Shown: positions 1 to 8,953, numbered from the stretch's first letter. The stretch: 59,285 nt of DNA from an uncultured Elusimicrobiaceae bacterium (GCA_964622585.1 CAZUQT010000001.1:1-59285), one strand, 5' to 3'. Numbers and translations: made by a program. Notes: a model not told the origin generated them from the sequence alone.

Positions 1-804
1 GAAATAGTTCCGCCCAAAGCCTGTCCCTCCTGCGCCTCCGAGCTTTTTAAAGACGAGGAGGAAGTCGCCCTGCGCTGCGTCAACCCGTCGTGCCCCGTCC
101 AGTTCAAGCGCTCCCTCCTGCACTTCGCCTCCCGCGACGCGATGAACATCGAGGGCTTCGGCGTTTCTTCTACGGAGCAGCTTGTGGACAAGGGCCTGGT
201 GAAGGGCTTTCCGGATATCTACCGCCTCAGAAAAGAGGACCTGCTGGGGCTGGAGCTTTTTAAGGATAAAAAAGCCGATAACCTCCTGGCGCAGATAAAC
301 AAGAGCAAAGAACAGCCGCTCTCCCGCCTTATCTACGCCCTCGGCATACGCCATATCGGAGAAAAGAACGCGCGCGTGCTGGCGCAGCATTTTAAAACCA
401 TGAAGGCCTTCATGGGCTCCGGCCTGGAGGAATTGGCCCGCGTCAGCGACGTCGGGCCCGTAATAGCCGAGGCCGTCACCGAATTTTTCAAATCCGGGGC
501 CACCCGGAAGATGGTCGCTGAACTGGGCGAACTGGGACTGCGCCTCGACGAGCCGGAGCGCAAAAATACCGGCGGAGCGCTCGCCGGGAAGACTTTCGTT
601 TTTACGGGGGAGCTGAAGACCATGACGCGCGACGAGGCGCAGGCGAAAGTGCTGGAGCAGGGGGGGAAGGAAACATCGAGCGTCTCGTCCAAGACTTCCT
701 ACGTGGTCGTGGGCGAGGCCCCGGGCTCCAAATACGATAAAGCGAAAAAATTAGGCGTGCCCGTGCTTTCCGAAGAGGAATTCATACGGCTTATTTCCAG
801 TTAA
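1..804 (+). CDS. ligA: NAD+-dependent DNA ligase LigA, C-terminal portion (5' end outside the window)
   Basis: Frame 1 is open from nt 1 to the TAA at 802-804, so the ATG at 142 is internal. Translation from nt 1 is EIVPPKACPSCASELFKDEEEVALRCVNPSCPVQFKRSLLHFASRDAMNIEGFG, i.e. the LigA Cys4 zinc finger plus the start of the HhH region. It continues with GIRHIGEKNARVLA (HhH) and a C-terminal BRCT (GKTFVFTGEL...YVVVGEAPGSKYDKAKKLGVPVLSEEEF). Confidence 0.93.
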   Translation, partial: EIVPPKACPSCASELFKDEEEVALRCVNPSCPVQFKRSLLHFASRDAMNIEGFGVSSTEQLVDKGLVKGFPDIYRLRKEDLLGLELFKDKKADNLLAQINKSKEQPLSRLIYALGIRHIGEKNARVLAQHFKTMKAFMGSGLEELARVSDVGPVIAEAVTEFFKSGATRKMVAELGELGLRLDEPERKNTGGALAGKTFVFTGELKTMTRDEAQAKVLEQGGKETSSVSSKTSYVVVGEAPGSKYDKAKKLGVPVLSEEEFIRLISS

Positions 805-833
805 GGGGACGTCAGCGCCCCGGGAGCAGAAAA

Positions 834-2462
834 ATGGACTATAAAATTTTAGCGGCCGCCCTGGCTATTTCGGCTCAATGTCCTCTTAAAGCCGCGCCGG
901 CGGTGGAAACCTCCCTTTTGACCGCTGCCCCGCCCAAGGCGGCCAGCCTGAACGAAGTGGTCAAGTTCAGGACGAAAGCCGGCTATCACTTTAACCTGGA
1001 AGCCCCGCAGGAATGCGGCGATTCGGAAGCTTTCGAGATCACTAAGCCTTCGCTGAAGTGCAAATTCGCCGCCGCCGGTGAGCAGATAGTCAGCCTGAAG
1101 ATCTGCGACGATGGCGGGACGGCCTGCATGTTCGAGGATTTTACCGTGCTGGTGAAGGGCGAAGCTAAACAGCCAGCCGCTAAAACCTCGAAAACGGCTA
1201 AGGATACCGGGCTCGACGGCTTCCTGCTGAACGACCCCGCGGCCGCGCTCGAGCAGGCTAAAAAAGAACATAAACTGCTTTTTATCGATTTTTTCGGCAG
1301 GTGGTGTCCGCCGTGCAGGGTGATGGAAGATACCGTTCTGACGCACCCGGCCTTCCTCGAGGCCACGCGGGAGATGGTGCGCATCAGCCTCGACGTGGAC
1401 AGGCCGGAGGTGCGCGAATGGCGCTCCCTCTTCAAGCCCGGCGGTTATCCGACCTACCTCATAGCCGACGCCGAACTGAACGAGATAGGGCGCTGGAGCG
1501 GGAGCTGTAATCTCTCGGCTTTCAATTCATGGGTCGGGGAACAAGTGCGCTGGAAAGACCAGCCTATTGAAAAAGCCAAGGCCGCCGCCGGGCTGGACGA
1601 GGCGGGCAGGCTGCGCATCGCTAAAAATTATATGGCCGCGGAGAAATGGGCGGAGGCGCGAAAAGCGCTGGCCGGCATAAATACCCGGTCCGCCGCTTAC
1701 CTGGACGCGCAGGCGCAGATCTCAGGGGCCGAATCGACCGAGACGGTAAAAATGCTGCCGCTTTACATGGGCTTTATAGACCGCTTCGACGGGCATGACG
1801 GCTTGCCGGCGGAGGGCGCGGTCCTGGACTGGATAGCGGCCCTCCATAAACTCAACCCGGAGGCCGCGAAGCCTTACGTATCCGGCCTGGACGCGCTCAT
1901 AGAGCGCCTGAATAATTCAAAGGACGCGCTGGAAGAGGGTTATGCTCCCACGGATGTTCTTTACCAGGCGGCCACGGATATGGACGAAGCCGGGCTCGCG
2001 GACCTGTCGAACGGACTTTATATCCGCGCGGCCGGGGCTTACGGTGAGCAGGCGGATAAAGCGGAGAAGCCCGAGCTCGCCAAGGGCTTGCGCATGTCGC
2101 AGGCCCGCTGCCTTATGGGCGCTAAGCTCTACAAGGACGCGGCCGCGGTTTACGGCGGGCTCGTGGAAAAATTCCCGGGCGAGTACGCTTTCCACCGTTC
2201 GTACGCAAGTGCGCTGCTGCAGCTGAAGAATTACCCCGAGGCCCTAAAAGAAGCCTGCCTCGCGGTCGATCTTTCCTACGGGGACATCCATTCCAGCGCC
2301 GTGATCCTGAAAGCCAGGATAGAACTGGCCCAGAAGAATAAAGCCGGGGCGCTTAAGACGATCAAGGACGCGCTTGCTAAACTGGAGGCCTCCAAGGACA
2401 ACTCTCCCTCGGCTTCGCGCGGCCTTAAGGCCTACCTGAAGGATTTAACCGCGCCCGAGTAA
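834..2462 (+). CDS. secreted thioredoxin-fold protein (WCPPC) with an N-terminal Cys-containing beta module and a C-terminal TPR-like helical region
   Basis: The ATG follows an SD-like GGGAG. There is a signal-like N-terminus (ILAAALAISAQCPLKAAPA). Residues ~40-110 end in VSLKICDDGGTACMFEDFTVLV, a pattern that recalls DsbD-alpha/DsbC-N type modules. The thioredoxin active-site motif is FIDFFGRWCPPCRVME. The C-terminal ~300 aa are helical and TPR-like (YKDAAAVYGGLVEKFPGEYAFHRSYASALLQLKNYPEALKEA). Confidence 0.8.
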   Translation: MDYKILAAALAISAQCPLKAAPAVETSLLTAAPPKAASLNEVVKFRTKAGYHFNLEAPQECGDSEAFEITKPSLKCKFAAAGEQIVSLKICDDGGTACMFEDFTVLVKGEAKQPAAKTSKTAKDTGLDGFLLNDPAAALEQAKKEHKLLFIDFFGRWCPPCRVMEDTVLTHPAFLEATREMVRISLDVDRPEVREWRSLFKPGGYPTYLIADAELNEIGRWSGSCNLSAFNSWVGEQVRWKDQPIEKAKAAAGLDEAGRLRIAKNYMAAEKWAEARKALAGINTRSAAYLDAQAQISGAESTETVKMLPLYMGFIDRFDGHDGLPAEGAVLDWIAALHKLNPEAAKPYVSGLDALIERLNNSKDALEEGYAPTDVLYQAATDMDEAGLADLSNGLYIRAAGAYGEQADKAEKPELAKGLRMSQARCLMGAKLYKDAAAVYGGLVEKFPGEYAFHRSYASALLQLKNYPEALKEACLAVDLSYGDIHSSAVILKARIELAQKNKAGALKTIKDALAKLEASKDNSPSASRGLKAYLKDLTAPE

Positions 2463-2471
2463 AACGGACCT

Positions 2472-3971
2472 ATGGATAAAACAGCGTACCTGAGCGTTTA
2501 CGACAAGACAGGGCTGGAGGAATTCGCCCTCGGCCTGGAAGCGCTCGGCTTCGGGATCTACGCTTCCGGTTCCACCTATAAACTTCTGGCCGAGGCCGGC
2601 ATCGAGGCGGAGGAAGTCCGGTATTCCCCGCCGGTGCCTTACGCCGTGCTTAAGGCTATGTCGGGGCGTTTCCCCGCCGTTTCCGAGAACGGAGTGGAGC
2701 TGCCGGGCTTTTACGTAGTGGCCGCCAACCTTTACCCCATAGCCAGCATAGTCGGCCAGGAGGAGTTCGCCATCGGGGAGCTCTCCAGCTATCTTGACCA
2801 GGCCAACTCCGCCGTGCTGCGCGCCGCCGCCCGCGATTTCGAGAATGTTATTACGGCGTCCAGCCCGGCGGATTACGCGCCTTTGCTCCTCGCCCTTAAA
2901 GAGGCCGGCGGCCTCGAGCCGGAAGTGAAGAAGCAGCTGGCCGCCAGGGCCTGGCAGCACCTGGCCGCTTACGACGCCACCGTGGCGCAGTACCTTTCCG
3001 AGACCGGAAACCTGCTGGGCGACGAAGTGGTGCTGAGCCTGAAAAAAGTCTCGGACCTGGAGTACGGGGAGAACCGTCACCAGAGAGCCGCTTTCTACGC
3101 CCTCAGCGGCGCCCGCCCGCGCGGCCTCAACGCCGCGAAGACCCTGGCCGGGGCCGGGCTAAACCTCAATCACTACCTCGACCTGGATACCGCCTTCGAG
3201 CTCGCTCTCGAATTCGAAGAGCCGGTCTGCGCTATTTCAAAGCACGACAGGCCGACCGGAGTCTGCGCCGCCGGCACGCAGGCGGAGTCCCTGCGCTGCG
3301 CCTTAAAGAGCGACCCTGCGGGGGCGGTCGGCGGAACCGCCGCTTTCAACCGGCAGGTAGAGAGCGAGACGGCCGCGGTTCTGGCCGGAACTTTTATCGA
3401 AAGCGTGATCGCCCCGGAATACAGCCCCGAGGCGCTTAAAATACTGCGCGCCAAGGAAGGCCTGCGGGTGCTGTCGCTTTCCGCCCCCGTGCTTTCCCCT
3501 TACGAGGTGGAGCTGCACTCCGTTTCCGGCGGAGTGCTGATAGAGTCCAAGGACAACAGGCTTTTTTCCTCGGAGCCCGCCTGCGTCACCAGGCGCAAGC
3601 CCTCCGACGCCGAGCTGCGGGCGCTGCTTCTGGCCTGGAAAACCGTCAAATACGCCAAGACCTACGCCGCCGTGCTCGCCGAGGGGCACAATGTCCTGGC
3701 CGTCAGCGCTTCGGAAAGCTCCAGTTACGACGCGGTCAGGAGCGCCCTCTGGAAAATGCGCGACAAGCGCTCCATCCTGCCCGGCTCCGGCCCGCTGGTA
3801 ATGGCCGCCGACGCGGCGCTCCCTCTCAAAACGCTGCAGGCCGCGCTGGCCGGCGGCGTCAGCGCCGTCATCCAGCCCGGCGGCTGGCAGGACGACGAAG
3901 ACTGCATAAAACTCTGCGACTCCAAGAACGCCGCGATGCTCTTCGCCGGTATAAGACATTTCAGGCACTGA
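2472..3971 (+). CDS. purH: PurH-family protein (AICAR transformylase/IMP cyclohydrolase-like), divergent at several conserved motifs
   Basis: Family landmarks present: YLSVYDKTGLEEFA (MGS-like N-terminus), LEYGENRHQRAAFY, SKHDRPTG, FIESVIAPEY, and the typical C-terminus VIQPGG...MLFAGIRHFRH. It starts 9 nt after the upstream stop. The motif deviations are listed in the findings. Confidence 0.75.
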   Translation: MDKTAYLSVYDKTGLEEFALGLEALGFGIYASGSTYKLLAEAGIEAEEVRYSPPVPYAVLKAMSGRFPAVSENGVELPGFYVVAANLYPIASIVGQEEFAIGELSSYLDQANSAVLRAAARDFENVITASSPADYAPLLLALKEAGGLEPEVKKQLAARAWQHLAAYDATVAQYLSETGNLLGDEVVLSLKKVSDLEYGENRHQRAAFYALSGARPRGLNAAKTLAGAGLNLNHYLDLDTAFELALEFEEPVCAISKHDRPTGVCAAGTQAESLRCALKSDPAGAVGGTAAFNRQVESETAAVLAGTFIESVIAPEYSPEALKILRAKEGLRVLSLSAPVLSPYEVELHSVSGGVLIESKDNRLFSSEPACVTRRKPSDAELRALLLAWKTVKYAKTYAAVLAEGHNVLAVSASESSSYDAVRSALWKMRDKRSILPGSGPLVMAADAALPLKTLQAALAGGVSAVIQPGGWQDDEDCIKLCDSKNAAMLFAGIRHFRH

Positions 3972-4099
3972 ACTAACCGCGGGTAGAGCGAAGCGACACA
4001 ATTCAACTGTATCTAACAGGATGCGAAGTCGGGGGGCTGGCAAGCGGGGGGAATAGATGACCCCAATTTCCTTTCGAGAAATAACAATTTTTAAAAATT

Positions 4100-6010
4100 A
4101 TGACTGACTCTTCTAAGCACCCAAAATATATTCTGGCAATCTTGCTTTGTTTCTTTTGTTCGCTTAATAGCCTTGATGCCAAAGTTTCTGGGAAAGAAAT
4201 TGATAGTGTTATGCAAAGTCTGAAAGACAGAAGTTTTTTTAAGTGGCAATCTGCGCTTTCAGAGCTCAGGAATAGAAAGGATGCTGAGCAGTTTATCCCG
4301 GAGTTAAGCAAACTGCTGACAGGGGCAGAACAGGCATATGCATACAGAGCAAGCGAAGCATTAGCGGCCCTCGGAAAAGAATCAATCCCGGCTTTAAGAC
4401 AGGCGCTTAAAATAGTTCCAGACAGAGAGGGGATAATCATCAAGGCCCTAGGCACTATAGGGGAAGATGCCCTTCCGGAACTTACTACCATAGCAGACGA
4501 CCCCTTAAGAAATTTATCTACCCGCAGTTTAGCTCTGAATGCGATAGGAGATATTAATATGCCTGCAGGGAGAAAGATTCCTTTGCTCGAAAGGTATCTT
4601 TCCGACCCTTCAGAGACTGTGCAAAACGAGGCAATCGTTGCAATAGCTAAATCCGGCCCTGCAGCCAAAGATGCTTTATCAAAACTGCTTCGCTTTCTTG
4701 AAAGTCCGTCAGTCTCCATTAGACGTGCCGCTGCAAGCGCGATAGCCGACATAGTCGATAGATCCGCTGTGCGAGTTGTCCCTCAATTGATTAAAGCCTT
4801 GGCGCATAAAGATCTTGAAGTTAGAATATCCATGGTTAGAGCCCTGGGTAACATTGGTGCCGTTAGTGATGACATCGTGCCGGCGTTAATTCTGTTGATT
4901 GCCGATGAGCAGGGGGGGGCTCCGAGCACCATTGAACCCCATAGTAATATGCTCAATGACGTATATAGCATTGTTCCTGCTTCGAGCGAGAGACGTAATA
5001 ATAGCAATAGACAGGTAAAGTCAGCCGCAATTGCCGCGCTGGGGAGGATAGGGCCTCCGGCGATAAACGCAATCCCGGATTTAGTGGCGGAATTTAACGG
5101 GGACGATGAGCTGGCCACGCAGGTTATTGAAGCTATTGTCAAGATCGGTCCCAGTTCGTCTTCTGAACTCTCAGCCTTAGTGGATGGACTTTTCTCTTCG
5201 GTTCAAAGAATTCGGGCAAGCTGTGTGGAGGTGTTAAGACGGTTGGGGCCTAAGGCAGCGGTTGCTATGGGTAAAGAACTCGGTTCGTCTGGCGGCGAGC
5301 GGAAAATTGTTATTCTGGAAGCTCTTGGCTATATGGGACCTGGTGCTAAAGACTCTCTCCCGGAACTGATGTCGTCTTTACGAGACAAAAGTATCGCTGT
5401 CCGCCAAAAAGCTCTGGTAGCACTTGGTTATATAGGTCCGGAGGCTGCGCCGGCCATTCCTGAAATTAGTCAGCTCCTTAAAGGAAAAAGTGCCGGGGTA
5501 ACAGAAAGAGCAAGAGAAGCGCTGGACAGGATCGGCCCGACCAAAATTCCGGAATACATAGATATTGGTGCTGATCGTCAATTGCAGGCCGCTTTAGAAA
5601 AGCAATACGACAAAGCGGAAGAAAAGCTTTATAACAATACGCCGTTTTACGTGGTGGCGGGAGAGTTCCGTAAGGTAATGTGGATGCGTCCTGAGGTATT
5701 TGGCCGGCACGAGAGTCTTGATTGTTCGCTGTGTGACGAGGATTATCCGTATAGAGCGAAAGAAGTCTTGGCTCAAATTGACGCGTTAATGAAATGGACC
5801 GGGAGCCCTACGGGTGAGCCGATATTGGTCTCAACGATAAAATACATGGACAAGCAATACATGGATAGCAGGGAATTTTATGAGCTGCTTGCGTTGCGGC
5901 GGGAATGGGCATCTGCAAATCAGGGGTGGCTGATATCTACAGGTGGGCTGAATTGGAACCGCTATATGTCGACTTCTGCTGACAGGCCGCAGCGACAGCA
6001 CCCAAAATAA
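4100..6010 (+). CDS. secreted HEAT / PBS-lyase-type repeat protein (AT-richer gene) with a non-repeat C-terminal ~140 aa
   Basis: Signal-like N-terminus (KYILAILLCFFCSLNSLDA/K). There are more than ten ~30-aa helical repeats of the form ..VR..A..ALG.IGP.A..A.P.L..LL.D (e.g. VRISMVRALGNIGAV, VRQKALVALGYIGPEAAPAIPEISQLLKG). Codon usage visibly shifts to A/T-ending codons relative to the flanking genes. Confidence 0.8.
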   Translation: MTDSSKHPKYILAILLCFFCSLNSLDAKVSGKEIDSVMQSLKDRSFFKWQSALSELRNRKDAEQFIPELSKLLTGAEQAYAYRASEALAALGKESIPALRQALKIVPDREGIIIKALGTIGEDALPELTTIADDPLRNLSTRSLALNAIGDINMPAGRKIPLLERYLSDPSETVQNEAIVAIAKSGPAAKDALSKLLRFLESPSVSIRRAAASAIADIVDRSAVRVVPQLIKALAHKDLEVRISMVRALGNIGAVSDDIVPALILLIADEQGGAPSTIEPHSNMLNDVYSIVPASSERRNNSNRQVKSAAIAALGRIGPPAINAIPDLVAEFNGDDELATQVIEAIVKIGPSSSSELSALVDGLFSSVQRIRASCVEVLRRLGPKAAVAMGKELGSSGGERKIVILEALGYMGPGAKDSLPELMSSLRDKSIAVRQKALVALGYIGPEAAPAIPEISQLLKGKSAGVTERAREALDRIGPTKIPEYIDIGADRQLQAALEKQYDKAEEKLYNNTPFYVVAGEFRKVMWMRPEVFGRHESLDCSLCDEDYPYRAKEVLAQIDALMKWTGSPTGEPILVSTIKYMDKQYMDSREFYELLALRREWASANQGWLISTGGLNWNRYMSTSADRPQRQHPK

Positions 6011-6060
6011 TGGTGAAAAGGGTTGTAAGCGATGTTCGCTGCCACTATCGCTTTGCTCCA

Positions 6061-6290
6061 TCCCGAGAGGTCGCTCCGAACCCATACCCTTGCCGCCCCT
6101 CCGCTCAACTATATTCGTCAGCACGTTTTTCGATAAATGAGTAACCTGGGCGGAGACCATGCGGGCAGGGTTAGCAAAAGCTCCCCGGAGGGCGAGGCTT
6201 GCGTAAGCGCCGAGCCCGAGGGCAGCAGGCGCGCGCACGGTGTGCGCGACGCCGGTTTTGCGTTCCTGCCCGCATGGTAGGCCGCCCAGC
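6061..6290. repeat. structured intergenic repeat, copy A (inverted relative to copy B)
   Basis: The reverse complement of 6061-6290 aligns end to end with 12110-12337. The 23-nt core ATGGGTTCGGAGCGACCTCTCGG is present as its reverse complement at 6063-6085. An internal 14-bp inverted repeat is ACCATGCGGGCAGG (6156-6169) / CCTGCCCGCATGGT (6265-6278). Confidence 0.85.
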
Positions 6291-6376
6291 CGCCCATTGC
6301 TTACTCGTGTCGACGCGTGTGTTTTGCGCTCATGCCCCTATGACACGCCGTTGGCCGAGTGTACACCTCGAACGCT

Positions 6377-6391
6377 TATAATTGTTATAAT
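6377..6391 (+). promoter_or_regulatory. two TATAAT boxes directly upstream of the glnS ATG (candidate short-leader or leaderless promoter)
   Basis: TATAAT occurs at 6377-6382 and 6386-6391. The glnS ATG at 6398 is 6 nt after the second box, with no SD between (TTTTAG). No convincing -35 was found. Confidence 0.3.
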
Positions 6392-6397
6392 TTTTAG

Positions 6398-8092
6398 ATG
6401 GAAACTCCGGAACCTAAATCTAATTTTATTCGCGAAATAATAGACGCCGACCTGGCCTCGGGCAAGTTCGGCGGCCGCGTCCATACCCGCTTTCCGCCGG
6501 AGCCCAACGGCTACCTCCATATCGGCCACGCCACCTCCATCATCCTCAACTCCGGCCTGGCGGCCCATTACAAGGGCAAATTCAACCTCCGCTTCGACGA
6601 CACCAACCCCTCCAAGGAGGAGCAGGAATACGTCGATTCCATCATCGAGGACGTGAAGTGGCTCGGCGGCGATTTCGAGGACCGCCTGTTCTTCGCCTCT
6701 GACTATTTCCAGCAGATGTACGACTGGGCCGTAGAGCTAGTCAAGAAAGGCAAGGCCTTCGTCTGCGACCTGAACGCGGAGGAAGTCCGCAAGACCCGCG
6801 GCATCCCCGGCGAGGCCGGCAAGGACAGCCCTTTCCGCAACCGCAGCGTCGCCGAGAACCTGGACCTGTTCGAGCGCATGAAGCGCGGGGAATTTCCCGA
6901 CGGCTCGCGCACCCTGCGCGCGAAGATCGACATGGCGCATCCAAATCTTAACATGCGCGACCCCGTGATGTACCGCATTTTGCACGCCGAGCACCACCGC
7001 CAGGGCAATAAGTGGTGCATCTACCCCATGTACGACTGGGCTCACGGCCTGGAGGACTCCATCGAGAAGATCACCCATTCCATCTGCACCCTGGAATTCG
7101 CCGACCACCGGCCGCTCTACGACTGGTTCATCGACCAGCTCGGGATCTACCACCCGCAGCAGATCGAGTTCGCGCGGCGCACTATCAGCAATATGGTGAC
7201 CAGCAAGCGCAAACTGCTGGAGCTCGTCAGGGACAAGCATGTAGAGGGCTGGGACGACCCGCGCATGCCCACCGTCTGCGGCCTGCGCCGCCGCGGCTAT
7301 ACCGCCGCCGCCCTGCGCGCCTTCTGCGACGACGCCGGCATCTCCAAGGTGCCCGGGATCTCCGATATCTGGGTACTCGAGAACGCGCTGCGCAACGAGC
7401 TCAATAGATCCGCGCCCCGCGCTATGGCCGTGCTCAAGCCGGTCAAGGTCGTCCTCACGAATTACCCCGAAGGCCAGACCGAGGAAATGACCTGCAATAA
7501 TAACCCCGACGACCCGTCGGCCGGGACCCGCAAGGTCCCGTTCTCCCGCGAGCTCTATATCGAGCAGGACGATTTCAAGGAAGTTCCGCCGAAGAAGTTC
7601 TTCCGCATGACCCCCGGACAGGAAGTCCGCCTGCGCGCCGCCTATATAGTCAAATGCGAAAGCGTCGAGAAAGACGCCGCCGGCAATGTCACCGAGGTGC
7701 GCTGCACCTATGACCCCGCCACCAAAGGCGGCGACGCGCCCGACGGCCGAAAGATAAAAGGCACTATTCACTGGGTGTCCGCGCGGCACGCCTTCCGCGC
7801 CCCGGTGCGCCTTTACGACGCGCTTTTCACCAAGCGCAACCCCGACGACGTGGAAGAGGGGCACGATTACAAGGAGAATATGAACCCGAACTCCCTCGAG
7901 GCGGTCTCCGGCGCCTGCCTGGAGCCCTCCCTCGCAGCGGCCGCGCCCGGCACGCGCTGGCAGTTCGAGCGGCTCGGCTATTTCTTCGCCGACCCGAAGG
8001 ATTCAAAGCCCGGCGCGCCGGTGTTCAACCGCACGGTCACCCTGAAGGACACCTGGGCCAAGATCGAGCAGAAGGATCCGGCGGCCAGATAG
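6398..8092 (+). CDS. glnS: glutaminyl-tRNA synthetase
   Basis: Contains [16 protein letters not shown] (HIGH region), MVTSKRKL (KMSKS equivalent) and a C-terminal anticodon-binding region typical of GlnRS; 564 aa. Confidence 0.93.
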   Translation: METPEPKSNFIREIIDADLASGKFGGRVHTRFPPEPNGYLHIGHATSIILNSGLAAHYKGKFNLRFDDTNPSKEEQEYVDSIIEDVKWLGGDFEDRLFFASDYFQQMYDWAVELVKKGKAFVCDLNAEEVRKTRGIPGEAGKDSPFRNRSVAENLDLFERMKRGEFPDGSRTLRAKIDMAHPNLNMRDPVMYRILHAEHHRQGNKWCIYPMYDWAHGLEDSIEKITHSICTLEFADHRPLYDWFIDQLGIYHPQQIEFARRTISNMVTSKRKLLELVRDKHVEGWDDPRMPTVCGLRRRGYTAAALRAFCDDAGISKVPGISDIWVLENALRNELNRSAPRAMAVLKPVKVVLTNYPEGQTEEMTCNNNPDDPSAGTRKVPFSRELYIEQDDFKEVPPKKFFRMTPGQEVRLRAAYIVKCESVEKDAAGNVTEVRCTYDPATKGGDAPDGRKIKGTIHWVSARHAFRAPVRLYDALFTKRNPDDVEEGHDYKENMNPNSLEAVSGACLEPSLAAAAPGTRWQFERLGYFFADPKDSKPGAPVFNRTVTLKDTWAKIEQKDPAAR

Positions 8093-8110
8093 CGGCGGGC
8101 AGACCGACTT

Positions 8111-8953
8111 ATGAAACGCATAAAGAGCATAATCCTTTTTTACAACTCCAAAAGCAGCAAAGCGGTGGGCTACGCTTCCGCCGTCGAGCGCAAACTGCGC
8201 GGCGCGGGGGTCAAGGTTCAGAGGGTCTGCGTTAACGACGCCTGCTGCGATATCAGGAACGCGGACGCTGCGGTTACCGTCGGCGGCGACGGTACGGTGC
8301 TTTACGCCGCCCGCCACGTGATAAAGCGCGGCATCCCGGTGCTGGGCATAAACGCCGGCGGCCTGGGCTTCCTAAGCGGCATGGAGCAGAAAGAATTCAT
8401 GAAAAGCGCCGGCCTTTTCCTGGCCGGCGGGTTCAGCAAGATCAAGCGCAGCCTGCTTTCCGTAAGCGTGAGCCGCGGGCGCACAACAGTTTTCGGCCCT
8501 CTTCCCGCGCTGAACGACGCTGTGATACGCAGCCCCGAGGCGCGCGCCTTTACGCTGCGGGCCTCCTACGGCCGCCAGTTCCTGTCGGAGTATTTCGGCG
8601 ACGGGCTTATCATTTCCACCCCGAGCGGCTCTACGGCCTACAGCCTTGCCGCCTCCGGGCCGATCGTGTTGCCGGACCTGGAGGTTTTTCTCCTTTCCCC
8701 GATCTGCCCGCACACCCTGACCCACCGCCCCATAGTGCTTTCCGCGAAGGAAGAGCTGGAGGTCACCGTGGTCGGAGGCCGCTCCGGGCCGCAGCTTATG
8801 TCCCTCTCCATCGACGGGCAGGAAAACTTTATCCTTGAGCCCGGAGATATAGTCAGGGTCCTGAGACACCGGCGCAGTTTCGAGATGCTTGCGCCCGACG
8901 GCTTTTCCTATTTCGATATCCTCCGCCGCAAGCTGAGCTGGGGGGAGAGATAG
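8111..8953 (+). CDS. nadK: NAD+ kinase
   Basis: Contains VTVGGDGTVLYAARH (GGDGT motif) and TPSGSTAYSLAASGPI; 280 aa. It starts 18 nt after the glnS stop. Confidence 0.9.
   Translation: MKRIKSIILFYNSKSSKAVGYASAVERKLRGAGVKVQRVCVNDACCDIRNADAAVTVGGDGTVLYAARHVIKRGIPVLGINAGGLGFLSGMEQKEFMKSAGLFLAGGFSKIKRSLLSVSVSRGRTTVFGPLPALNDAVIRSPEARAFTLRASYGRQFLSEYFGDGLIISTPSGSTAYSLAASGPIVLPDLEVFLLSPICPHTLTHRPIVLSAKEELEVTVVGGRSGPQLMSLSIDGQENFILEPGDIVRVLRHRRSFEMLAPDGFSYFDILRRKLSWGER

Noticed and set aside
4039-4052. GGCAAGCGGGGGGA at the left edge of the AT-rich island as the missing partner of the repeat terminus CCCATACCCTTGCC (6081-6094), which would make the HEAT gene cargo of a repeat-bounded element
   Set aside because: Only 9 of 14 positions match the GGCAAGGGTATGGG terminus, essentially the GGCAAG hexamer plus G-runs. 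That is too weak to claim inverted terminal repeats.
5831-6440. Small ORFs over repeat copy A (5831-6238 minus, 6199-6381 plus, 6240-6440 plus), and likewise 12119-12415 minus over copy B
   Set aside because: They run through hairpin-forming repeat DNA. The reading frame is not conserved between repeat copies (the copies are in opposite orientation and have indels), and the peptides are Arg/Pro/Ala-rich nonsense.
6737-7864. Minus-strand ORFs antisense to housekeeping genes (6737-7864 in glnS, 8372-9352 in nadK/recN, 9722-10684 in recN, 10802-11977 in gltX, 3303-4043 in purH, 4003-4752 in the HEAT gene)
   Set aside because: Each overlaps a plus-strand gene with unambiguous family motifs. The antisense translations show no recognisable features.
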